A stretch of DNA of 64,000 bases, taken from contig CM097882.1 of assembly GCA_044892505.1 (NCBI GenBank), forward strand, positions 578,150,001 through 578,214,000. The letters run 5' to 3'. This stretch comes from Schmidtea nova. Lineage: Eukaryota. Numbering within the stretch: position 1 is the stretch's first letter; each line of letters starts with the position of its first letter. Below are positions 50,603 through 62,760 of the stretch, in pieces. Both the position numbers and the translations under genes were made by a program. Below the pieces are notes generated by a model, which was not told where the DNA came from, did no database searches, and saw nothing but the letters and a program-made list of their open reading frames with translations.

Positions 50603-51530
50603 GGGGCAGTTGAAAAAATAGAAAATTTTTAAGCGTTTATTTAAAAAATAGAAAAGAAAATATTTTAATATAAAAAATAGAAAAGAAAATATTTTAATAT
50701 AAAAAATAGAAAAGAAATTATTTTAATATAAAAAATAGAAAATAAATTATTTTAATATAAAAAATAGAAAATAAATTATTTTAATATAAAAAATAGAAAA
50801 TTAAATATTTTAATATAAAAAATAGAAAATAAATTATTTTAATATAAAAAATAGAAAATAAAATATTTTAATATAAAAAATAGGAAATAAAATATCTGAA
50901 TATAAAAAATAGAAAAGAAATTTATTCAATTGAAAATATAGAAAATATATAAAATCATTTGAAATATACAAAAGAAAATATATTAATGCAATTATGGGAA
51001 ATATATTTTAGCGCTATAATATCATGTGTATTGCTGGTTGTTGTCATGGGGTGGAAGTTTAGTTTTTGTAAAAAATCAAGACAGTATAAATAAACAGTAT
51101 TGTGTTCTATAAAATATATATAATTATTGTCTTTTCAATAATTTCAATAAATTATATTGGTTTTTAATTGTTAAAATTCGTTGTATTATATTTTTAATAT
51201 ACCAAAAGATATAAGTGATGATCCATTGTTTCAATTGTTTAATTTTATTTTCTATTTTTTTATTTAAATATTTTATTTTCTATTTTTTTATTTAAATATT
51301 TTATTTTCTATTTTTTATATTAAAATAATTTATTTTCTATTTTTTATATTAAAATATTTAATTTTCTATTTTTTATATTAAAATAATTTATTTTCTATTT
51401 TTTATATTAAAATAATTTATTTTCTATTTTTTATATTAAAATAATTTCTTTTCTATTTTTTATATTAAAATAATTTCTTTTCTATTTTTTAATTAAACGC
51501 CTAAAAATTTTCTATTTTTTACATTTCCCC
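50603..51530. mobile_element. Mutator/foldback-type non-autonomous element, 928 bp, TIRs built from ~29-bp tandem units
   Basis: GGGG...CCCC termini, perfect 9-bp TSD TTCAATATT, arrays of ATTTTAATATAAAAAATAGAAAA(G/T)AAA inverted on the two sides. Confidence 0.88.
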
Positions 51531-52581
51531 TTCAATATTTACTAGCAATACTGTAATAAAATTATCATAAGATTGAGTTTATTTAGATTTTCAGCCTTAA
51601 ACAAAAAATAAACAATATGTTTAGTCAAATGGAACATAAAATAAAGTCACTCGTAAATTAACAATAAAATTGTGTATTTTCATAAATTTGCTTAGACATT
51701 AGAATTTTATTAATTATATATAATTAATATAAAACTTTATAGTAATTATCATGTATGCTGGGTTTATAGGTGGTTTTTAAATAATTAATAATAAATAAAT
51801 AAAAAAATAAATAAATAATTAAACAAACAATCATAAATAAGTATACTAGGGATGCCTCACCCATAACCATACAAAAAAACAAATCGTCTCACTCACACGC
51901 CCCTAACTATTCCCTATCTAGTTAGGTTGGAACTGCGCGCGGTGGTTGAAAAATGATGGGCAGGTGAGCTCCATCGCTGGAACTACTCCCCATTTATTTT
52001 CACGGGTTCCGCTGCCGCTAGAAGGTCTTACGCGTTATTCTCTCAATGTCTACGCTCAACTTCCAAAAAAAATAGCGAAATGCCTTTTCAATAGAGATTT
52101 GATTTAGCTACAAACTCCTTACGCTATATTAAAGCCAAAATAATGCGCTGCACCTTATAATTATATTTATTTATAAAAACTCTCGAAAATCTCCTTTATT
52201 AAGTATAACTGTTTAAAACTCAAAATCACCGCTATGTCGTTGCATCGCTATGTGAAAAAAATCTATTGATCAAGTTTTTCTTGCTAAGATTTCAATTCTG
52301 AAATTAAATCGCTACATAAGATGTAACATTCCTGTAAAACTCCAAATTTATCGCTGAAAAATGCGCAAACCTCAAAACCTATCGTTCAACACTCAAAAAT
52401 CCTATTACTATATGAAACCCTTAAAAACTATCGCAATTACCAAAACTATTCTCTATGTGTAACGATTCATTATGTGCAACCGAAAAAATATCCGAAAAAA
52501 TCCCAGATACATAAATTATAAAAAGGTACAACCGCCGTGTGAAGCTACGAGGCTCCAAGACGTCGACTATGGCTCCCTCGC

Positions 52582-52712
52582 NNNNNNNNNNNNNNNNNNN
52601 NNNNNNNNNNNNNNNNNNNNNNNNNNNNNNNNNNNNNNNNNNNNNNNNNNNNNNNNNNNNNNNNNNNNNNNNNNNNNNNNNNNNNNNNNNNNNNNNNNNN
52701 NNNNNNNNNNNN
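52582..52712. other. Assembly gap
   Basis: Run of N. Confidence 0.99.
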
Positions 52713-54611
52713 ACAATAATACTCATCATCAAATATATATTTTCGGAAAAATTAGCCTCAAAACTTTATTATGACCACTACATAGCAATTTACCCAACAC
52801 ATCTCACACAAAAATACTCAAATAACACAAAAATACCCGTTCGAAATCGATCCACACGACTGGCGAAATCAAAACCAAAATTTTGCTCTCAGTAAATTAA
52901 TGCCAAGTAAGTTTAGATTGTGATTTTTTAGAATCTATTTATACTAATTTTACTGACGCTTACATATTTTGTTATTTACATAATTTATTAATGATTTAAA
53001 CTTACTTATTAGTTTTAATAAGTGAGCATTTATTTATCTTTCATAAATTTAACTTTATCATTTGATTTATTTATTTCGAAAATATTTGTTTTTAATTCTA
53101 TTAAATTAGGTATGTATCTATTGTTTTATTGTGCATTTATTGATTAAACCAATTTAATTTTAAATCTATTTTCATTCCTATCTCTGTTAATGTTTGCGAT
53201 ATTTCAATGGGGATTTATTCTATAATTTTTAATAAATTATTTTCTTTATTCTGATACCGATTTTATTCTTTGATCATACTTTTCATAATCACTTTACAAG
53301 CACTGATTTTCCCCATTCAATTCTCGTGCGGTCCTTCGTGTGTAAATCCGACCTGCACTCAAATTGTGTGCTCTCCCTTGAGATGCCTCTTTTTTATCGC
53401 TTCAACCCTATCTCGATCGACTTATAAGATGCGGTTCGTATGACTACTATTGTACTTAACTGTTTTTATTTTTCTTTGCGTTATTTTACTGCTTAACGTC
53501 TTGTCGTGCGTTTCTCTTTGTTTCTCATTGTATGTATTTAATTTTTAATAAAATTTATTTTCGATTTCACCAGCTCAACATGTATATCATAATAAAAATT
53601 TATTTAAATTTGATAAATAAATAATTAAAATATATTTTATTTCAAATTTATTTATTAACCTTTACAAAATTTATACAAAATAACTAAACTAATTTGTTTA
53701 AATAAATTGATTCACTATTCAAAAATTTAAGCTAAAATTTAAATAAATTAATTACAAAAAGTAAATTCAATTTATTATCTAAAATGATTACTAAATTTAT
53801 TTATTTTAATTATTTGTTTTCACTGAAATACGAAAATTATTATCTAAAATTTAATTAAAAGTTATAAGAAAAAAACTAAAGAAGAAATAGCTAAATTACC
53901 TAAATTTATTACTAATTTCAATCTGTTTTAATTAATTGTTTTCCTTGAAAAGTGATAATTTAAAAGTTTTATTACTAATATTAATTAAAATTCTAAAATA
54001 ATTACTAATTAGATTTACTAAATAAGTTTGCTTTCAAAAATAATGTAAATATATTAATAAAATGGTTATTAAAATATAATATTTATTGAAATAATTAATC
54101 TTATAATTAACCAATTTTATAGCCAATGTAACATAAAAATGCGATTTAATAAAAATAATCTTAAATAAATTAAAGTTCATTAACAATTTAATTCATGACT
54201 CAGAATAGTTATTGAAACTCTATTCCATAGTCAACAGTTTTTATTTAAAATGTATTCAACTCTTAAAATACATTGTAGCCATTAAAGTTTAGTGAAAAAG
54301 TATATCAATATTAAAAACTAAATTAATCAAAAATTCATTAAATATTTAATTCAACACTGAAAATAGTCATTGAAAATAAAATAAACCAATATTTTATTAA
54401 TTCAATAAAGTTTTAATGATAAAATTAAACCAACAATCAAAATATTTATTCAAATTATATTTCACAATAATAAAATTTAGTAGACCGGTAAATTTTACTT
54501 ACAAATATATTCTACACTCAAGACTTTTTAACAAAACGTAATCAAATAGTAAAGTTTAATTAAAAATATATTTTTCACACTTAATATTCTTTAATAACTG
54601 ATAAAAATAAG

Positions 54612-55432
54612 TCAATATCTAATAATTTTATACATATTTCCATCATTATAATCACATGTAAAATCTGAGATATTCTTAACAAAATTATTGGTAGCCAATG
54701 AATCAGCTGAATTGGCTTCCCCGAAAATCTTTTTACAAAGAAGATTGTAATTCTTCTTTAAACTGCTCACCCATCCACCAAAAGCTTTAAAATCATCGAT
54801 TTTCCTTTCACTCTCGTATTTCTTGCCAGCATGTTTAATCATATCATCACTCACCGGCACAGCATATTCATTACATTCCTTTATGAAATCAAGCTCGAAA
54901 TTATTAACTTGTTGAAACTTACAAGGTTTATTTCTTTTCTTGTCTATATTTGTTGTTGTTTTGTTGATTTGATCAAACATATCTCTATTCTGTTTCATTC
55001 GGTAGAGCGATGCTAGAGAGATGCAGTGTTTTTCTGAAATGACATCCAATGACAGTTTCAGATCCATTTCTTCATAAATTTTGACCTTTTCATCTAAGCT
55101 GAAGCTTCTCTTTTTATTTTTCATTTCAGGATATATTGAGAATCTAAAATAAATACAATTGATTACAGGTAATAAATTAAAACATTGAAAATTCTCATAT
55201 ATAAAATTACAAATATATCATCAAAATGTCAATAAAAATTATGAATTAATATTTAGAACTTCATAAAAATACATATAAAATATTTAGAATATTTTTATGC
55301 ATATGCTAATTTTTTTATGCATGTTGGCTAAATTATTCATATAGAATTACAATTATTTTATTTTAATTAAAATTTAATTTATCTTATAATAAATTCTCTT
55401 ATATAAAATTCTCTTATATAGAGTTTTTACTG
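54612..55432 (-). mobile_element. 5' part of a Tigger/pogo element with truncated transposase (CENP-B-type HTH domains only)
   Basis: TA-flanked CAGTAAAAACTC TIR at 55432; ORF 54612-55124 has FSLDEKVKI and FKAFGGWVSSLKK; no DDE domain. Confidence 0.8.
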
Positions 55433-55547
55433 TAGTTAAAAATAATATATTCTGAACTCAAAATATTCCCTATTCAGTAGATTCATTCAAAAATGTATCC
55501 AATCTTCATATGAAAAAGTATTACAAATTACCATAATTTATTCATAT

Positions 55548-56764
55548 GTATGTAGGCATCATTTTTCAACATAATGTCCATTTCGCTCCACACACTTCCG
55601 CCAACGAATAATAAATTCAGAAAACTCATTTTTGAAGAAATCTCGGGGACATGCATTGAAGAAATCCTCCACGGCAACCTTCAAATCGTCTTTGGATCCA
55701 AACTGGGTGCCTCTCAAATGCTTCTTTAGGTGTCTAAAGAGGTAAAAATCGCTTGGTGCCAAATCTGGGCTGTACGGCGGATGATCCACAAGCACTAGTC
55801 TAGCACCTTCAATTGTGGCCCGAGAAACGCCCGCTGTGTGCACTGGCGCATTGTCGTGGAGAAACCATAGTGACGTATTCTTCTGCTTCCGTCTATTCTT
55901 TCTGGCGGCTGCCACGAGTTGGCTGTAATAGGCAGCGTTGATGGTGATGCCTTTATCCGCGAAATCAATGAGAATAACACCTTTATGATCCCAGAAAATG
56001 GAAAGCATCATCGCTCGCCCATGACTTGTCCCCGTTCGCATCTTCAAAGATGGCTTTTCTCCAGACAGTTTCCACTCTGCTGACTCACGCTTTGTTTCCG
56101 GCAAATACATACTGAGTGGGGTTTCATCCTCCATTATTAAATTTGCCAGGAAAGTCTCACCATGCTGGTCCCACAGGTTCAAGTTGTTTTGACTGCACTC
56201 CAAGTGGTTTCGCATCATTTCACCAGTCAAGAAGCGGGGTACGAATCTGGAGCACAGTTTTCTGATACCCATGTATTTCAATTTGGCGTGGGCTGTACAA
56301 ACACTGATGTTGAGCTTCGTTGACAGCATTTTCATGATGATTCGACGCTCTTCTTGGACAATCTTCTCCAATTTTTCATCAACTGTGTCAAAAATGTCTT
56401 GTGGCCGACCTGACTTTTCTTGATCAAAAACGGAGGTGCGACCACCTTTAAACTCTTTGACCCAATATTTAACAGTTGTCAGAGATGGGTAGTCATGTAG
56501 GTAAGTTGACTGCAAAAGATCGTAGATTTCACTGCACATCTTCTTCTGCAACACAAAGAACTTGATAACGCTTCGATACTCAACGTCTGAAATCATTACA
56601 CCGACGAAAATTCAAAATGTCACAATAAAAATTTTAATGCGTTTGATAAAATAAAACAATAACTGAAATCAAAACCTATATTTATTTATTTATTTACACA
56701 AAAAAACTAAAATTTGTCATTACATTTTTTTACCTTTGGTCGGGTACTTATTGAACGCACCACG
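55548..56764 (-). mobile_element. mariner copy with intact 345-aa DD34D transposase ORF (55559-56596) but no 3' TIR
   Basis: 5' TIR plus TA at 56765; homology to copy 1 ends 11 nt after the stop; exactly 34 residues between LHD and APSD. Confidence 0.95.
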
Positions 56765-56769
56765 TATGA

Positions 56770-58250
56770 ATCAAACCATTTTATAGAAATTTAAAATTTA
56801 TGTATACTTTATTAAAATCAAAACTCGATAAAATTACTTCATTTATATGAAAAATACAAAAATTAATAACAAAACACATATGCTTTACAAAATTCGACAA
56901 ACCAATTTTTCAATCAAGTGTAATGAAAATTGAAATTAATTTTTCACGCAATCTTTTACAATAAAAACTCAATAAAATAATTTGAAATAGTTGAAACTTA
57001 AAACCTTATTCACAAAACACATGTGCAACACAAAACATGACAACTGTTAAATTTCTAATCAAGTCATTTTATAGAAATTTAAAATTTACACTTAAAATAT
57101 TACAATAAAAATTCAATAAAGTTACTGTATATTTGTGAAAAATACAAATTTTAATACAAAAAATTTTTAAGACAAATTTCTAATCAAATCATTTTATATT
57201 AATTTTTATTTTATGTATACTTTATCACATTGGAAACGCAAAAAATTATTTTAAAAAGGTGAAAAATAAAAGTTTTAATACAGACCAGTATGCAACACGA
57301 AGTACAACTTTAGAATTTCTAATCAAACCAATTTAATGAAAATTAAATTATACACTTACAATATTACAATAAAAATTCAATAAAGTTACTGTATATATGT
57401 GAAATATACATATTTTAATACAAAACACGCATGCATCACAATATTCGACCAATTTTTAATTTCTTATCAAATCATTTTATAATAATTAAAATTTTATATA
57501 TACATTGTAGTGCCTCCGTTATTTATATATTAGTACAATATTTTTATATGTAGAAATTTAATTAAATATTATATCATTATATTTATATATTAAAATCAAA
57601 TATTAATTTATACTTAAAATAAACTGAAATTGTTTAAATCACCAAAAAAACACTTTTCTCGTGAATTCAAAAAAATACAAGCAAGAAGAAATAATTAATC
57701 AACAATTTAAAAAGCGACATAATCAATCAACAATTTCAAAAGCTAAATAATCAATCAACAATTTCAAAAGCGAATTAATCAATCAACAATTTCAAAAGCG
57801 AAATAATCAATCAACAATTCCAAAAGCGAAATAATCAATCAACAATTTCAAAAGCGAAATAATCAATCAACAATTACATTGGAATTTAAATAAAATGTTT
57901 TACTATTTTATAGTCTTATCTTATTTTAGCTGCTAAATACATTATTACAATACAAACTCAACAAATTTTAAAATTAAACACGTGTGGAACACGATATACG
58001 GCAACTTTTAAATTTTATATCAAACCATTTTATTGGAATTTAAATTTGTCACACACTTTATTACAATAAAAAAACTCAATAAAATAATTTGAAATAGTTG
58101 AAATTTACAAATTTAATTACAAAACACGTGTGCAACACGAAAGACAACAACTTTCAAATTTCTAATCGAGTCATTTTGTCGGAAATTATTTTTTATCTCT
58201 ACAATATTAAAATGAAAACTCAATAAAGTTAATTTATATAGACGACATTT
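56770..58250. repeat. Degenerate AT-rich satellite-like array (~130-190 bp units)
   Basis: Recurrent AATTTCTAATCAA..CATTTTATAGAAATTTAAAATT..ACAATAAAA..CAATAAA..ACAAAACAC blocks. Confidence 0.7.
57693..57877. repeat. 28-bp minisatellite AATCAATCAACAATTTCAAAAGCGAAAT, ~6.5 copies
   Basis: Head-to-tail units with no spacers. Confidence 0.95.
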
Positions 58251-58272
58251 AGAAATTTAAGTACAAAGCATT

Positions 58273-61200
58273 TGTTTATTAATAACACACCAACACACTT
58301 TATTTCCAATAAAGCAATTTTGTAATAAATTAAATTTTATCTTATACTTTATATTAGGATTTTCATCCTTTAAAACATTAGAATCAGTTTTACAACAATT
58401 TGAATCCATAACTTTTATTTCAGAAAAATATAGTTATCAAAATAATGTTTTCTTAATAATTTGTTATTTAAACAAATTTCCAAAAAAATATTTTTCTAAT
58501 TAAAAATATTTTTATATTTTAAAAATCAATCTTAAAATTAATTTTTAAAATTTTTCATTAAAAATTTCTTAAATCTTCCAACTTCCTCATATTCCCCTTC
58601 ATAAGAAATTTTTAAGTTTTTCCATATTTCTTTTGATCATTTTACCATTTTCATTTCTTAAGATGTATCGTCTGTCATGCACTTTCTCGATCACTTTGTA
58701 TGGACTTTCATATCTGTCCTGGCTTTTGTTGCGTGTTTCTAATTTTACTAACACTTCTTCTCATACATTGAATTTTCTCCTTTTTTGTTCTTCTAGTTCT
58801 TCCTTTACCGGTATTTCTTTGGACCTGTACCATTTTTCCCTGGCAATCCTTTTCCCAAAAACTATCTCTGCTGGGCTTTTCCCTGTCGTTTTTTGATTGG
58901 TTGCATTTAATGTGAATTCGACTTCTGGTAATATCTCTGCCCAATCCGTCTTCCTTCTATCCTGTAGAGTAGCATTTATCAGCTCCCGTATTGTCCTGAA
59001 TTGTCTTTCTATCTGACCGTTTGTTTGATGATGGTATGGACTCGAAAAACATAATTTAATATCTAGCATCTTTGTTAATTCTCTCATCATTCCTGATTCA
59101 AACGCCTTCCCAACTTTTATCTCCTTTGGGCATCCAAATCTTAAAATCCACTTTTCTAAAATCGTTATCTTTATTGTTTCTTCGTCTTGTTTTGTTATCG
59201 CTGTCAAGACTTGATACTTACTATACTAGTCTATTATACCCAATATATACTTCTTACGTCCCTTTGTTTCTTTCAATGGTCCACATATATCCACGAATAT
59301 AATTTCGAACATTTCATTTGATTCTTGTTTCTTTACTGGTTCTTTCGTTGTTATTGTTTTAGCCTTGGTTTATTGACAAATCTCATAACTTCGAACAATT
59401 TCCTGAATCTGACTCCACAGGTGTTTTCCAACATATCTATCTTTCATATAATCGGCTATCTTCTCGACTCCCACATGACAAAATAGTCTATGTATTTCCT
59501 TTATTGTTTCTTGTAACTCATTTTCAGGTATCATCGTTTTCTTTCGTACTTCTTCTTCTACAATTCCATGTTGGTTGTTGCTTCTCCCTTCTTCTCTGAT
59601 CGAATCTAGTAATCTGGTTTTTATCTTTTCTTTTTCAGCTTCTTCGTGGACCATTTGACACTGAACACACGTGTCACATTTAGTTCTCGACACCATGTCT
59701 GCATTTTGGTGTTTAATACACTTTCTGTATTCTACACTTATATCTAAACTGCTCAAATAATTGATCCATGTTTGGAATTGTGAAGTAATCGACTTCTTGG
59801 TTGTCATATAAACTTGATTGCCTTGTGGTCTATCCTGAGCGTGAATCTTCTTCCGTAGAGATAGTGCTTAAAATGAATGCAAAAATAATATACCGCCAAT
59901 AGTTCCTTTCTTGTAATACAATATCCTTTCTCATGGCTTTTCATCGAGTGTGATCTATAAGCAATTACTCTTTCCTTTCCATCTTTATCTCTTTGTGAAA
60001 GTACTGCTCCGATGGTATCAAAACTAGCGTCAGTATCTAAAATGAGATCCTTTTTCAGATCCGGAAAACATAAGATTGGCGCCATCGTGAGTGCTAATTT
60101 CAATCCCTCAAATACGTTATTCGTTCCTTCAGTCCAATCTAATTCTTTGTTACTCGGTCCGCTACATAATTGTTCTAACATCCTTGCCTTCTTTGCATAC
60201 TCACTGATGAATCTTCTATAATAATTGCAAATACCTAAAAAGCTTCGGAGTTTCTTCACGCAATTTGGTTTCCTAAAGTTTTGTATGGCCTGAATCTTAG
60301 ATGGATCTGTCTATACTCCTTCCTTGCTGATTATGTGTCCTAAGAATCTGATTTCTTTCTTTATTATTTGAAACTTTTCTGGATTAATCCTTAGTCCTGC
60401 TTCCTCAATCGCCTTTAATACTTCTCCGAGAATTGTATAGTGTTTCTCTTTACTGCTTGAATAAATCAAGATGTCGAACAAATACATCATTGCTCCCTTT
60501 ATTTTGCCTAATACTTTTGTCATCATTTCTTGGAACGTACCTGGTGCTGCTGCAATTCCAAACGGCATTCTGTTAAAACAGTATTGTCCGTTCTTTGTTG
60601 AGAAGGCTGTTTTCTCTTGTGATTTTGTTTCTAATTCCATTTGGTAATATGCATTACCTAGATCGATTGAGCTGAAAAAGACGGATCTTCCTAACAAATC
60701 GAACATCTCGTCTATGTTTGGCATTGGAAATGCCTGCCTCTCTGTTACCGCGTTCAGCTGTCTGAAATCCAAGCATAGTCTAATATCCTTTTTCTCTTTT
60801 TTCCATACACATATTAGCAGCATGTTCCATGAAGAGTTACAATTTCGTATAGTCACATTTTCGTACAAATTTTGTATTGCTTCTTCAATCTTTGATTCCA
60901 AATTTAATGGTTGCGATATGGTTTTATGTTTATCGGCTCACCTCTTGTAACTATCTTATGTTTTACCAAATATGTGCGACCCACATACCATTTATCTGCC
61001 ATAAACACGTTTCCACTGTTTGTTACAATTTCCTTTAATTTGCTATCTTCATTGATCTTTAACTGTTCCAACGCTCGTATCAATCGTTCTTCATCCTTTA
61101 TTTGTCTGCCAAATTTTGCTTCAATGTTACAAATATAGTTCTTGTCTTTTTCACTAGCCTCGATATCTTTAACTTTTAACAGTCTAAATCCAAATGTTTC

Positions 61201-61405
61201 TTGTAATTCGACTCCTCCAATCACATCTGGTGTCACTTTCTCCGCCACAATGAATATAACTTCCTTCGAAATATTTCCAATGGTTACTTACACCTTTGTT
61301 TTTCCTATTGTTTTTATCGAACTCTCGTTTGCGCATCGTAACGTATCGTCACTTCTCGTCAATTGTTGTCCTCGTAACTTGTTAAAACAGTTGATATTAC
61401 ATAAC
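58273..61405 (-). mobile_element. 5'-truncated, frameshifted Ty3/gypsy retrotransposon: partial protease, RT, RNase H, integrase, PPT and putative 3' LTR (58273-58589)
   Basis: RLCLDFRQLN, MPFGIAAAP, YLFD (mutated YLDD), TDASFDTIGAVL, IHRLFCHVG..C, NGQIER, ESPY; purine tract GAAGGGGAATA before TG; domain order PR-RT-RH-IN. Confidence 0.92.
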
Positions 61406-61868
61406 TATCGGGTTTATTAAGTATACTTGATTGCGCAATGATTACATAATCACATATGTTGCGTAAAAACTTAAGTCATTACCTAATACACACACATAAA
61501 ATCTTGGTATAATTTATTCAATTTATTATCTTATTAAAATTAAAACTCCTGAATAATTTTCTGGTCTAATCCTAAATAATTTTCTTTGGATCGTTTCTTC
61601 AATTTTTATTATCAATATCTGTTTCACTTAATTTCAGTCTAATAAATTACGATTTTTAAATTATGATCAATTTGTGACTTAATCAAATTTTGTTTTGCTT
61701 ATTTATTTCTTTTAATTTTTTTTTCGACGACATCCTTGAAACACTATCACAAAACAACTGTCAATCATTTACTTTTTTGGTAACACTCAGGATTTCTAAG
61801 ACTTGCAAGTATAAAGTCTCGCAAAAGTAAATTTTGTATTTTGTTTCTGGTTAATCCAACTGCTACAA

Positions 61869-61936
61869 TCGACTTCTGGTAATATCTCTGCCCGATCCGT
61901 CTTCCTTCTATCCTGTAGAGTAGCATTTATCAGCTC
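61869..61936 (-). repeat. 68-bp isolated copy of integrase sequence 58918-58985
   Basis: 67/68 identical, same orientation, unrelated flanks. Confidence 0.92.
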
Positions 61937-62610
61937 AAAAGACTTGCAATTAAGCATCTATACGATTCAATGCCAAGCCGAATATGTGATGTTTTAGAAC
62001 ATCAAGGCAAAAGGATCAAATATTAAAATAATAACTCATTCAAAATACATAATTATATCGTACGCAAAATTGTGTAATTTTAAAATCAAAATTTCTTTGT
62101 AATTCGAACTCATTTTGTTCTGTTCATAAATGTCGTATATTTATTTATTCGAATAAAGTTATTTAAATGTAAACTTTGTTAAATAGAAATATTTTTAAAT
62201 TTTATTTCCTCTAAGAACATTCTTTTACCCGTACGCAAAGTTATGACACAAAGTGCAGTTTACGCATGTTAATTAACAAAAGCTTTTCTTTATTCATTGT
62301 TTTATTAACCGATTATCTATTAAAGTGATCTCATTTTCGAATTTTTACTTTGAACCTGCTTTATAGATGTCATAGACAGCATTTTCTTCCAATTTTATTT
62401 ATTTCCATTCGAACATTTTAAAAGTAAAGAAAATGTTTTGAATTAATTCAATTTTCAAACTGGAATTTGAAAGTTTTATAAAACTTTAAAGAATTGCAAC
62501 AATTAACTATGAGAAGTCAATGTATACACTTTGATAACGCATTTGTAGTCTCTGGAGGCAAGAGAAAAGAGTCATTCTGTTATGAAATATGAGGATAATA
62601 ACTTTGTTTC

Positions 62611-62760
62611 TGTTGGGTTTTTGTTTTGAGTCAGTATTAATTTCTGACTCCTCGTGCTCTTATTTAAAAATAATCAAATCATGCAACAAAATAACGTTTT
62701 TTAATCTAACATTTGTAAATAACACTCTTGTTTACACTTTCGCTGCGATAAGGTAAATAT
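62611..62760 (-). mobile_element. 3' end of a solo LTR (extent to the right not resolved)
   Basis: Minus strand reads AGAGCACGAGGAGTCAGAAATTAATAC...AAAACCCAACA, matching the ends at 25229 and ~48740. Confidence 0.65.

Noticed and set aside
52421-52895. ORFs containing X runs
   Set aside because: Artifacts of reading through the N gap.
57693-57877. 28-bp repeats as a CRISPR array
   Set aside because: Units are head-to-tail with no unique spacers, there are no cas genes, and the context is eukaryotic.
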